Below, in pieces: positions 25,956-37,300 of a stretch of 64,000 nt of DNA (the first letter of the stretch is position 1; each line of letters opens with the position of its first letter). Position numbers and translations under genes: made by a program. The notes under the pieces are model-generated. The model searched no databases and was not told the DNA's origin. It saw nothing but the letters and a program-made list of their open reading frames with translations. Origin of the DNA: Stegostoma tigrinum (Eukaryota); NCBI RefSeq assembly GCF_030684315.1, contig NC_081367.1, forward strand, positions 18,148,792-18,212,791, written 5' to 3'.

Positions 25956-27099
25956 TGGGATTTAAACCCTGGAGTCCCAGTTTATAGGTAGGGATACTAA
26001 CACTGTACCGCAAGAACCGTTTTGGGTGCCGGGTATCATGACTTATCAGTGTAGGCTTTATGGGAATAATCCAACACCCAGTCAATCAGTTCCCTAATAA
26101 AATCTTTAAAAATGCCCACTAATGTGTCAGTGTGTGTGTGACAGAGAAAGTGCGGTCAGGTTATCTATAGATTCACTTAATTTTTCTTTCCATTTCCGTT
26201 CAACTTTTAATGATTGACATTAATCGACAAACTGACAAATATTGGGCCAACAATCCCCGTTTCCTTTTACTTTAAACAAGTCGAAACATTTCTCGAAAGT
26301 TTAGAAATGTTTATGTATTTGCACGGATAATGGAAGAATCCTTAAATATTTCTATTAGAATATTATCAGGTGATTGTGTCTTTAACGAGGTGGAACAGAA
26401 TGGCGACGATGAGAATCGTTTTGCAGTGGGGCCAGTGCGCTAGGAAGCCTTCGTCCGTTGAAGCAAATTGTTCCACTAAAGGATATAGATTAGAAATGGA
26501 ACGAGATGCACTTGAAACAAGTGAATTGTGTGAAACAGATAGGCCGCGCTCTGATTCCTCAATGAATTTCTGCTACAATGGTCCTGAAAGGTCGGATGTT
26601 GCCCGTCGGTCTTTAGATTCTGTGATGTCGCCAAGGTAATGTACAAAACTGTATTTTCATTTTGGGTATTTACCCACGCGAGCAGGTTGCTTATTTATTA
26701 AAATGGCTATATTAGAAAGAATGTAACCAATTACCTCATAAATCTCCTTTCCAAAATGCACTATATTCAGTAAGAACACTGGAATTTCAGTTAAGGAGAG
26801 AAACAGGTTCACGACTAGACGGTTACTTTTATATTTTAATATTTCCATGCATTTTTTTAAATAGTGTGGTACCCCAAAACATTTCAACTTTCTTTTCCAA
26901 TCTAACTCGTATTTACATAGCTCCTTTATTGCAGGGAACGGTCCCCACACAGTTTGGCACGTCGCATAAATATAGAAATCCCATTCCCCTTTAGGCACAA
27001 TTCCCCTAATCCCCAATCTACAGTCGCAATAATGAGCACTGCTTCACCTTTTCAACACTGTAATGAGTGACCACTTACATCCAGATGGACTTTTTGACA

Positions 27100-27346
27100 G
27101 AGATCACAAAGTGTGGAGCTGGATGAACACGGCAGGCCAGGCAGCATCTTAGGAGCAGGAAAGCTGACGTTTCGGGCCTAGACCCTTCATCAGAAATGAA
27201 GGGTCTAAAAATAAATTTCTGATGAAGGGTCTAGGCCCGAAACGTCAGCTTTCCTGCTCCTAAGATGCTGCCTGGTCTGCCGTGTTCATCCAGTTCTGCA
27301 CCTTGTTATCTCGGATTCCCCAGCATCTGCAGTTCCTACTATCTCA
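27100..27346. mobile_element. Palindromic PLE mini-element (family B) with two intact hammerhead cores
   Basis: Minus-strand core 27166-27193, plus-strand core 27219-27246; extra partial ATGAAGGGTCTA in the loop; degenerate TSD GACTTTTTGACA / GACTTTATAACA. Confidence 0.88.
27219..27246 (+). ncRNA. Minimal type I hammerhead ribozyme motif
   Basis: CTGATGA-A-GGG-tctagg-CCC-GAAAC-GTC: conserved CUGAUGA and GAAA boxes, 3-bp stem II, palindromic ACGT stem III, GUC cleavage triplet. Confidence 0.72.
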
Positions 27347-27605
27347 GACTTTATAACATTCGCTTTTAAAATAGAAAGAAAAGCAGCATCTGAGAAAGAG
27401 CAGCTGGGATCACGGTGCAATTCCGGCCATTGTGCATCAACCCAAGAGACCCCACAACAAATCAATTCCTCAAACAGGACAGAAGCTCCTGGCAAGTGTC
27501 AGCGGTTCAGGCATCCTGTCTGGAGGGAGGGAGAGAGAGAGAGAGAAAGTAAATTTGTCAGATCACTGTTCGGTTTTTGCTTCTATTCAGTTCTTTTTCA
27601 TTTCA

Positions 27606-29021
27606 GAGATAATGGGAACTGCAGATGCTGGAGAATCCAAGATAATAAAGTGTGAAGCTGGATGAACACAGCAGGCCAAGCAGCATCTCAGGAGCACAAA
27701 AGCTGACGTTTCGGGCCTAGACCCTTCATCAGAGAGGGCGATGGGGTGAGGGTTCTGGAATAAATAGAGAGAGCGAGGGAGGCGGACCAAAGATGGAGAG
27801 AAGATAGGTGGAGAGGAGAGTATAGGTGGGGAGGTAGGGATGGGATAGGTCAGTCTAGGGAAGACAGACAGGTCAAGGAGGTGGGATGAGGTTAGTAGGT
27901 AGGAAATGGAGGTGCGGCTTGGGGTGGGAGGAAGGGATGGGTGAGAGGAAGAACAGGTTAGGGATGCGGAGACAGGCTGGGCTGGTTTTGGGATGCAGTG
28001 AGGAGAGGGGATGAACTGGGATGGTTTTGGGATGCAGTGGGGGAAGGGGAGATTTTGAAGCTGGTGAAGTCCACATTGATACCATTGGGCTGCAGGATTC
28101 CAAAGCGGAATATGAATTGCTGTTCCTGCAACCTTCGGCGGCATCATCGTGGCACTGCAGGAGGCCCATGATGGCACTTGCCCCCACACCTCCTCCCTCA
28201 CCCCTATCCCAGGCCCCAAGATTACTTTCCATATTAAGGAGAGGTTCACCTGCACATCTGCCAATGTGGTAGTGGTGCCAATGTGGTATACTGTATCCAT
28301 TGTACCCGGTGTGGCTTCCTCTACATTGGGGAAACCAAGCGGAGGCTTGGGGACGGCTTTGCAGAACACCTCCGCTCGGTACGCATCAAACAACTGCACC
28401 TCCTAGTCGCAAACCTTTTTAACTCCCCCTTCCCATTCTTTAGATGACATGTCCATCATGGGCCTCCTGCTGTGCCACAATGATGCCACCTGAAGGTTGC
28501 AGGAACAGCAACTCATATTCTGCTTGGGAACCCCGCAGCCCCATGGTATCAATGTGGACTTCACCAGCTTCAAAATCTCTCCTTCCCCCACTGCATCCCA
28601 AAACCAGCCCAGTTCTTGCCCTCCTCCCACTGCATCACTAAACCAGCCCAGCTCTTCTCCTCCCCCCACTGCATCCCAAAACCAGCCCAGCCTGTCTCTG
28701 TCTCCCTAACCTGTTCTTCCTCTCACCCATCCCTTCCTCCCAACTCAAGCCGCACCTCCATTTCTTACCTACTAACCTCATCCCACCTCCTTGTCCTGTC
28801 CGTCTTCCCTGGACTGACCTATCCCCTCCCCACCTATACTCTCCTCTCCACCTATCTTCTTTTCTCTCCATCTTCGGTCCGCCTCCCCCTCTCTCCCTAT
28901 TTATTCCAGAACTCTCACCCCATCCCCCTCTGTGATGAAGGGTCTAGGCCGGAAACGTCAGCTTTTGTGCTCCTGAGATGCTGCTTGGCCTGCTGTGTTC
29001 ATCCAGCCTCACACTTTATTA
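27606..29021. mobile_element. Head-to-head inverted Penelope-like element (minus arm 27606-28174, plus arm 28175-29021)
   Basis: Both arms end in the pLTR; GIY-YIG remnant in the plus arm; intact minus-strand hammerhead core 27705-27732; TSD TCTTTTTCATTTCA at 27592-27605 and 29022-29035. Confidence 0.92.
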
Positions 29022-29856
29022 TCTTTTTCATTTCATCTAGGTTTCAAAATAGTCCCAGTTCGCTTCACACACGCGTTGCTGGTTCAATAAACCCGACAAT
29101 AAATTCGACAGTGCGGTAGTAATATTAAAGATCAGCCTGTTATTCGCCTGTGAAATACACTGGAGAGCGAAAAATATCTCACAAAACATTAAAATGACAA
29201 ATCATATAGTGGGAAAATAAAACCTAGAGAACTGTGAATTCTGGAAATCTGAGACCAAAACAAAAATTGCTGGCGAAATTCAAGCGGGTCTGGTAGCGTC
29301 TGTAGAAGGAGAAAGACAGTTATTATTTCCGAGACCTTTCCTCGGGATTAGATAGATTGAAAAAGAGAAACCTGTGAAATATTGTTGCTCCAGGACAAGC
29401 AATCATTGTTGGCAAACTTTCTTACACCAAACAGTGAAAAGATTTTGTTTCTAATGACCGGGAAATCCGTGATTGCACTTCGCTCCAAACTGAATTAAAC
29501 ACGGTGTTTTAAAGTTCCAGCTCTTTACTGATTTGAGAATTCCTTTTCACTTTGTTGTAAACACTCGGTCAGATATTTTCAGTCTGAAATCAAAGAATGC
29601 AGCTTCTATTGAACGAGTTTACAGTCGGCCCACTCTGCTTTCTCTGTCACCTTTAATAATTTACCCAGTCGCCGAGTCTCTCTGAGACTCATTCACTTAC
29701 ACCCACTGCTCTCTGACTTGCTGCTCCTCCCATCAAGGGCCTCCGCTCCATCGGTTCACATTGCCCTGAACACGGGGCATAAACCAGAACCAGAGGTCGC
29801 AATGAACGGCCGGCTGATTGACGAGCGGTGGACTCTTGTCCGCTCACACACAAGTG

Positions 29857-30010
29857 AGAGATAGTGAGTACTGCCGATGCTGGAGTCTGAGATAACACAG
29901 TGTGGAGCTGGATGTACACAGCAGGCCAAGCAGCATCAGAGGAGCAGGAAAGCTGACGTTCCGGGTCTGGACCCTTATTTAGAAATGGGGGAAGGGAAAG
30001 AGGGCTCTCA
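29857..30010 (-). mobile_element. Single-arm family B PLE 3' fragment
   Basis: GAGATAGTGAGTACTGCCGATGCTGGAGTCTGAGATAACACAGTGTGGAGCTGG...GACCCTT. Confidence 0.75.
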
Positions 30011-30126
30011 AATAATTGTCCGAGTGATTCTGAGCTGTGGACAGGCGAAACATAGTGACGTTATAAATCCAACCTGCCTGGCGTGTAGATGAAGCTGTGT
30101 TTAAAGCTCCGCTTGCAAAGATACTT

Positions 30127-30306
30127 TTTTTGCAGAAACTCAGCAGGTCTGGCAGCATCAGAGGAAAGAAAAAAGGCTCTCTGGACTGAAACTTGAACTC
30201 TGTTTCTCTCTCCACAGATGCTGCCAGACCTGCTGAGTTTCTGCGTCAGTTTCTGCTTTTGTTCTTCTTTCAGATCCCCAGCAACCGCCGTTCTTTGTTT
30301 TATCTC
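30127..30306. mobile_element. Palindromic family C PLE derivative
   Basis: GCAGAAACTCAGCAGGTCTGGCAGCATC ... GATGCTGCCAGACCTGCTGAGTTTCTGC inverted pair with a longer right arm. Confidence 0.7.
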
Positions 30307-30491
30307 AGATATTTCTGACTTGGCGATGCTGAGACTTTTTTTTGTAGTTCGGTACATATTTATCTCTTGCGAAGAAGAGTTGATTTTCAGAGGGGATGTG
30401 GTTATCAGAGTGATTTCTTTCTGGGCAATATCTGAATCAGACAAAATGCGAATCGGCCCAGTGAGTTCAGAATAGGGCTGGGTTCTAACTT

Positions 30492-32281
30492 GTGATAAGG
30501 GGAACTGCAGATGCTGGAGAATCCAAGATACTAAAATGTGAGGCTGGATAAACACAGCAGGCCCAGCAGCATCTCAGGAGCACAAAAGCTGACATTTCGG
30601 GCCTAGACCCTTCATCAGAGTGGGGGATGGGGTGAGGGTTCTGGATAAATAGGGAGAGAGGGGGAGGCGGACCGAAGATGGAGAGAAAAGAAGATAGGTG
30701 GGGAGGAGAGGACAGGTGGGGAGGTAGGGAGGGGATAGGTCAGTTCAGGGAAGACGGACAGGTCAAGGAGGTGGGATGAGGTTAGTAGGTAGATGGGGGT
30801 GCGGCTTGGGGTGGGAGGAGGGGATGGGTGAGAGGAAGAACAGGTTAGGGAGGCAGAGACTGGTTGGACTGGTTTTGGGATGCAGTGGGTGGAGGGGAAG
30901 AGCTGGGCTGGTTGTGTGGTGCAGTGGGGGGAGGTGACGAACTGGGCTGGTTTTGGGATGCGGTGGGGGAAGGGGAGATTTTGAAGCTGGTGAAGTCCAC
31001 ATTGATACCATTGGGCTGCAGGGTTCCCAAGTTCTTCAAGGACCGCAACTTTCTCCCCACAGTGGTCAAGAACGCCCTTGACCGCGCCTCCCGCATTTCC
31101 CGCAACACATCCCTCACACCCCGCCCCCGCCACAACCGCCCAAAGAGGATCCCCCTCGTTCTCACACACCACCCCACCAACCTCCGGATACAACGCATCA
31201 TCCTCCGACACTTCCGCCATCTACAATCCGACGCCACCACCCAAGACATTTTCCCATCCCCACCCCTGTCTGCTTTCCGGAGAGACCACTCTCTCCGTGA
31301 CTCCCTTGTTCGCTCCACACTGCCCTCCAACCCCACCACACCCAGCACCTTCCCCTGCAACCGCAGGAAATGCTACACTTGCCCCCACACCTCCTCCCTC
31401 ACCCCTATCCCAGGCCCCATGATGACTTTCCACATTAAGCAGAGGTTCACCTGCACATCTGCCAATGTGGTATACTGCATCCACTGTACCCGGTGTGGCT
31501 TCCTCTACATTGGGGAAACCAAGCGGAGGCTTGGGGACCGCTTTGCAGAACACCTCCGCTCGGTTCGCAATAAACAACTGCACCTCCCAATCGCAAACCA
31601 TTTCCACTCCCCCTCCCATTCTTTAGATGACATGTCCATCATGGGGCTCCTGCAGTGCCACAATGATGCCACCCGAAGGTTGCAGGAACAGCAACTCATA
31701 TTCCGCTTGGGAACCCTGCAGTCCAATGGTATCAATGTGGACTTCACCAGCTTCAAAATCTCCCCTTCCCCCACCGCATCCCAAAACCAGCCCAGTTCAT
31801 CCCCTCCCCGCAATGCACCACACATACAGCCCAGCTCTTCCCCTCCACCCACTGCATCCCAAAACCAGTCCAACCAGTCTCTGCCTCCCTAACCTATTCT
31901 TCCTCTCACCCATCCCTTCCTTCCACCCCAAGCCGCACCTTCATCTCCTACCTACTAACCTCATCCCACCTCCTTGAACTGACCGTCTTCCCTGGACTGA
32001 CCTATCCCCTCCCTACCTCACCACCTATACTCGCCTCCCCACCTATCTTCTTTTCTCTCCATCTTCGGTCCGCCTCCCCCTCTCTCCCTATTTATCCCAG
32101 AACCCTCACCCCATCCCCCTCTCTGATGAAGGGTCTAGGCCCGGAACGTCAGCTTTTGTGCTCCTGAGATGCTGCTGGGCCTGCTGTGTTCATCCAGCCT
32201 CACATTTTATTATCTTGAGCTTTTGTGCTCCTGAGATGCTGCTGGGCCTGCTGTGTTCATCCAGCCTCACATTTTATTATC
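30492..32281. mobile_element. Head-to-head inverted Penelope-like element (minus arm 30492-31031, plus arm 31027-32217, terminal duplication 32218-32281)
   Basis: Open plus-arm frame covering RT C-terminal region, Cys linker and GIY-YIG (within ORF 30864-31892); CCAAG microhomology at the inversion junction; TSD CTGGGTTCTAACTT at 30478-30491 and 32282-32295. Confidence 0.93.
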
Positions 32282-32319
32282 CTGGGTTCTAACTTTACCA
32301 TTTTCCAGATGTGCAGTCC

Positions 32320-32424
32320 CTTCCAGACACGAAACGTCAGCTTTCCTCCTCCTCTGTGTGCTCATCTAGCTCTACACCTTGTTATCGCAGATTCTCCAGC
32401 ATCGGCAGTTCCCACTATCTCTGA
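32320..32424 (+). mobile_element. Family B PLE 3' fragment with internal deletion
   Basis: CGAAACGTCAGCTTTCCT...GCAGATTCTCCAGCATCGGCAGTTCCCACTATCTCTG. Confidence 0.7.
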
Positions 32425-33960
32425 AATAATGTGACAAATGCAATTATACAATGCAATCTTTTTTTTGCCGGGTCAAGAAAATGCTGTGTGAAAATGTTTA
32501 CATTAAAATACCATCCCGCACATGGCGCTGTTGCTAGCTATAAATAAACTTGCTTCACTTGTTGTGGGCGGATTTCAGATTCTATTTTGCACCGATTTAT
32601 TTGTGATTTTCTGTCTCAAATGTTCACAGGATGCTAACACCGATCCCCACTGCACTGAATATGACGAAGAATGCACACCAAGCCTTCTCCTTTGTTTTGC
32701 TGAAAACGGAAGCCCGCACCCGTTTCAGAGACGTGTCTGTTTCCAGCCACTTCCTGCAGAGCGAGTCCACCGCCTAATACTTTACTGTTTCACACATTTT
32801 CCATTCGGCGCTTCAAGACACATTGAACAAATCAGTTTTATCAACCCCAGTTGAGGAAAGTGTGTGCGTGTGAGAGAGCCTCGCGCTTCAGTCGCTTCAA
32901 TAAAAGGCCGTCAGATATATTTATTTTGTACATGAAGGTATAAAATATGTGCAACCGGAGGTAATTTCACTCCGTCGCATTTATTCTTTGTGGCAGATTA
33001 CGTTCACACCTGCTATCCATTCGTGTCGCCTTTCATAACTTTTAGTTAGATTAAACAATTATGAATGCTAGCACTTAGCGTTGGCAATCTGTCCATGTTA
33101 TGCTAAATAAGTGTGATACGGAGGTTCAATTTATATTTGGGGAGGATTGGGCCCGTCAAAACAACTTCCCCCAAACCCCGTTTGCTAGGCCTGACACCTT
33201 TGAAAAGGCAAGGGAGGTCAAGCTGAGCCCATAACTTCATCTCTAATTACAGAGGGATATTGACAGAGCTCAGTAAGCAATTTACCTGCACTAGCTAGGA
33301 AATTAGTAAATATCTCTTGTTTAGCCTCAACAATGTAAAATGACTTTTTTTTGTAAAGCTAGTGATAACCAAGGATTGGTGATCATTCATTTCTGTGGCT
33401 CTCTGCCCACTACCTTTCAAGCACCACACTCATGACACAATCATCGAATCCTTGCAATGTGGAAGCAGGCCAATCAGCCCATTGAGTCCACACTCCCCTT
33501 CCAAAGATACTTCCCTTTGATCATAGAAAAGAACAGCAAGGACACCATACATTTGTGCCAAATCTTTGGAAGGGCTATCCAGTTAGTTCAATTTTCCTGC
33601 TATTTTCTCACAGTCGTGATATTTCCCCAATTGTATAATTCACTGATTCACTTTTTAGAGTTTTTTTAAAATCTGGATGTGTTTCCTCTACCCTTGTTTG
33701 CAGTTCATGACAAATCATAACAACTTGCTATGTGAAGAGAAACGCTTCCCTCAGCCTGCTTTTACCTTTGGCTGTTGCCAATCATCTGAAAACTAGGCTC
33801 CTGTGTACTGATCCTTCTGCCATTGGAAACAATTTCTCTCTATTTACTCTGTCAAATTGTGAGATTATTTTGAATATCTCTTCTGAGTCCATACTAAATC
33901 CTTTCCATGCTCTAAGATCTTAACATCTCTCCTAGTATGTGATATCCAACTTTGAAAGAA

Positions 33961-34160
33961 TACAAAACGGCAATTGCTCGGAAAACTCAGCAGGTCTGGC
34001 AGCATCTGTGGAGAGAAAGTAGACTTAACTTTTATGGTTCAGTCACCCTTCTCAGTGCCCCTTCTTTAGAATGATTGAGTTCTGACCTGCTGAGTTTTCC
34101 TAGCAGTTTCATTTTTTTGTTTCTGAATTCCAGCATCCGTAGTTCTTCTGGTTTTTTTAG
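33961..34160. mobile_element. Palindromic family C PLE derivative (old)
   Basis: AAAACTCAGCAGGTC ... GACCTGCTGAGTTTT inverted pair plus a tail on the right arm. Confidence 0.65.
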
Positions 34161-35656
34161 TGGAAATAATATCCCAACAGAGGCCAAACTAATGATGATT
34201 TATGATTTAGCATAGTTTAATTGTTTTAGTATTCTGGAAGTCAGGAGAACCTAGAATTGAAACATAATGATATTAATTCATAAATCATTACTTTGGCCTC
34301 TGCCAGAGGGCGCTTTTCAAGTTTGTTAGAATGGTCCCAGTAAAGAGGGGTACCAGTTATGAGGGTCCACTAGAGGAACCATTCTCTTTATAGCATTAGT
34401 AAAACTGTAACGCCCGCGAATGTTCCTTTTTCCATCCCCCAAACTCTACCACATAGAAGAACAAAACAGCTGGAACACAATCATCTGCAAATTCCCCTCT
34501 AACACTTTTGCCATCCTGACTTGAAACTATTCTTTCACTATGATTGTGCTCAGAACGTGGAACTCCTCCAGAACAAGCACAGTGTAGAGTATGTGGATGG
34601 CAGTGGCTCAAGATGGCTCAGGTACAATTACAGATGGGTATGATAAAAGTTGTCCTGTCAGTAGTGCTCACATCTCATGTATGGAAAACAAAACAAATTT
34701 AAGCATTTCTCATTGCCCACCCATAAAATTATGCTGAACTTCTTGTAAGTACAGCAAACCAGATACCACCAACTACTCCAATAGAAAAGCAACAATAAAT
34801 ACCACACATTTGAACATGGAAAAATAGTTAAACATTTAGTCCTATAGTCCACAGAAACATGCACACATAACTATTGTTTAACTTATCTAATTACTTTGCT
34901 TTTAGCAATGTACACATGGAGGTACACTCTAGACCAAGTAACCAGTACCAAAATTTTGAACCATGATGTTCCCAGGAATTCTTTTAATTCAAAAATTCTA
35001 AACCAGGCAAAGGAAAATCGACTGAATATAATATATAGAGGCAGTTGCCGCCTCATTCAGAGTGGCCTAACACATTAAGCCACGCACCTGAATAGATCAG
35101 TTGCAGAATTTTGGAGAACGTCAAACCAATGCAACATTGAATGTGTAGGTGACTACCACAAAGGCCAAACCTTTGAGATGTGGAGGAACCTGACACAGCA
35201 GTAAGGCTTCAATATTAAGAGCATGTAGGAACGACTTAATGCATCGAATGCTTGATAATAACACATCGGTTTCTGCATGAATTCTTGACACTAAATTTAT
35301 ATTGAAATTCTGTTGTCACATCAAAGCACAAACTATTTTGCAACCACTCTAGCTTTGCAACCACTGTAATGCTGTGGTCAAAATAAATTGTAAAAATATG
35401 CATGCGTATATGTGCATGCTTTGACAGTGCTTAAACCTGACTACACACTCATACAAGTTCTATTGATTCTGGCTTAGCCTATGACAACAACTTAGAAATT
35501 AAAGGCTTTTTGAGTGTAAATGAGTCTCACTGCATTGCCTCTTTGCTGCTTTTATTATGGGAATGAATAACTACAGCATAGAGATGTACAGCACTGATAT
35601 AGACCCTATGGTTCAAATTGTCTTGCCAACCAGATATTCTTAATTAATCTTAATTT

Positions 35657-35978
35657 AGAATCCATACAGTGTGGAAACAAGCACTTTGGCCCAACAAGTC
35701 CCCACTGACCCTCAGAGCGTCCCACCCAGACTTATCTCCTGACAACCCACCTAATCTAGGCATCCCTGAATATTGCAAGCAATTTAGCATGGTCAATCCA
35801 CCTAGCCTGCACATCTTCAGACTGTGGGAGAAAACCAGAGCACCCAGAGGAAACCCATGCAGACACAGGGAGAATGTGCAAACTCCACACAGTCACCCGG
35901 GGTTGGAATCAAACTTGGGTCCCTGGCTTTGTGAGGCAGCAGTGCTAACCACTGAATCACTGAGCCACCGTGCCACCC
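35657..35978 (-). mobile_element. HE1-type V-SINE (elasmobranch tRNA-derived SINE), near full length
   Basis: Minus strand starts GGGTGGCACGGTGGCTCAGTG..GTTAGCACTGCTGCCTCACA..CCAGGGACCCAAGTTTGATTCC; central V-domain GTGTGGAGTTTGCACATTCTCCCTGTGTCTGCATGGGTTTCC; CR1-like tail. Confidence 0.88.
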
Positions 35979-35987
35979 AAGAACATG

Positions 35988-36047
35988 TTCCCTGATTGGG
36001 AAATGAACCCAGGCCGCGGTGGTGAGAGCACCAAATCCTAACCACTA
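35988..36047 (-). pseudogene. 5'-truncated tRNA-Glu(CTC) pseudogene
   Basis: TAGTGGTTAGGATTTGGTGCTCTCACCACCGCGGCCTGGGTTCATTTCCCAATCAGGGAA aligns with vertebrate tRNA-Glu(CTC) nt ~13-72, with mostly CpG-type changes. Confidence 0.8.
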
Positions 36048-36859
36048 TTGGCTCATATCCCTCTAAACCCTGCCCATTCATATACTCATCCGGACAAAAT
36101 TAAGAAATGAAACATAGTTTACAAATCTTGAAATTAAAAGCTAATTGAAAATGAACAGTGAAAATACAAGTGAGGTCATCCAAAGGTCTGCAACCCATAC
36201 CCTAACTCAGCCATATTCCATTCATATATTACTCTTGATCTTGCTGATCTGCATTGGCTCCTGGTCAAACAACATTTAGATATTAAAGTTCTCATTCTTG
36301 TTTTCATGTCCCTCAATGGCCTTGCACATTCCTATCTTTGTTATCTCCAGCTGCATAACTCCATGTGGTATCTACACTTATCTAATTCTAGCTTGTTGAG
36401 CATCACCAATATTAATTGTTCTAGAATTACTGACTGTTCTTCAGCTGTCATTTCTTCAGTTCATGAATTTTCTCGCCCCACAGCAACTTGTTATCCAAAC
36501 TTTGGATCAATTGACCTAACTTCTCCTTATGTGATGCAATGTTATAATTTGATTGATACCATTCCTTTGAAGACTCTTATGATGTTTTATTACATGGCAG
36601 GTAGTGTATATAAGTTGATGTGTTTCAGTGATTGCATAAGAATTGGCTTATGTTTCTCATGCTTCACTCAATGCAATAAATATAATGTTTCAGTTCGATC
36701 AGCTGTTCTGACAAGGCTCCAATTTTTCAATTATTTGTACTGGTTTCCCCAAATAGATTCAAAATCCATAATTCCTCAGACCTGAATTTGTAATTCAATT
36801 TCACTCACCGGGTTCTTCAGGCATTCATTGTAATGGTGAGATAATCATGCAGATTTTGG

Positions 36860-37300
36860 CATACTGTGTTCAGTTCTGGTCCCCCTGTAATACAAAAAAT
36901 GTTGTGAAACTTGAAAGGAATTAGAAAGCATTTACAAGGATGTTGCTGGAGGGTTTGAGCTTTAGAGGGGCTGAATAGGCTGCCGCTATTCTCCCTGGAC
37001 TGAGGGGTGACATTATAGAAGTTACGAGGTACATGGATAGGGTGAAGAGCAAAGGGGCCTAAGGGGCAGGTGTTTCACACAGATGGTGGCGTGTGTACGG
37101 AATGAACTTCCAGAGGAAGTGGTGGAGGCTGGTACAGTTATAACATTTAAAGGCATCTGGATGGGCAAATGAATTGACAGTATTTAGAGGGATATGGGCC
37201 AAATACTGGCAAATGGGACTAGATTAATTTAGGATACCAGCTCGCCATGGACAAGTTGGACCGATGGTTTCCATGTCGTATATCTCTGTCTCTATGGTCT
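36860..37300 (+). mobile_element. CR1 (HER1-like) LINE 3' fragment
   Basis: ATACTGTGTTCAGTTCTGGTCCCC...TTTACAAGGATGTTGC...GGGATATGGGCCAAAT..GGCAAATGGGACTAGATT, a typical shark CR1 3' region. Confidence 0.75.

Noticed and set aside
23467-32281. An intact autonomous PLE
   Set aside because: All copies are 5'-truncated or frameshifted; the 342-aa ORF at 30864 is a chimera read across an inversion junction
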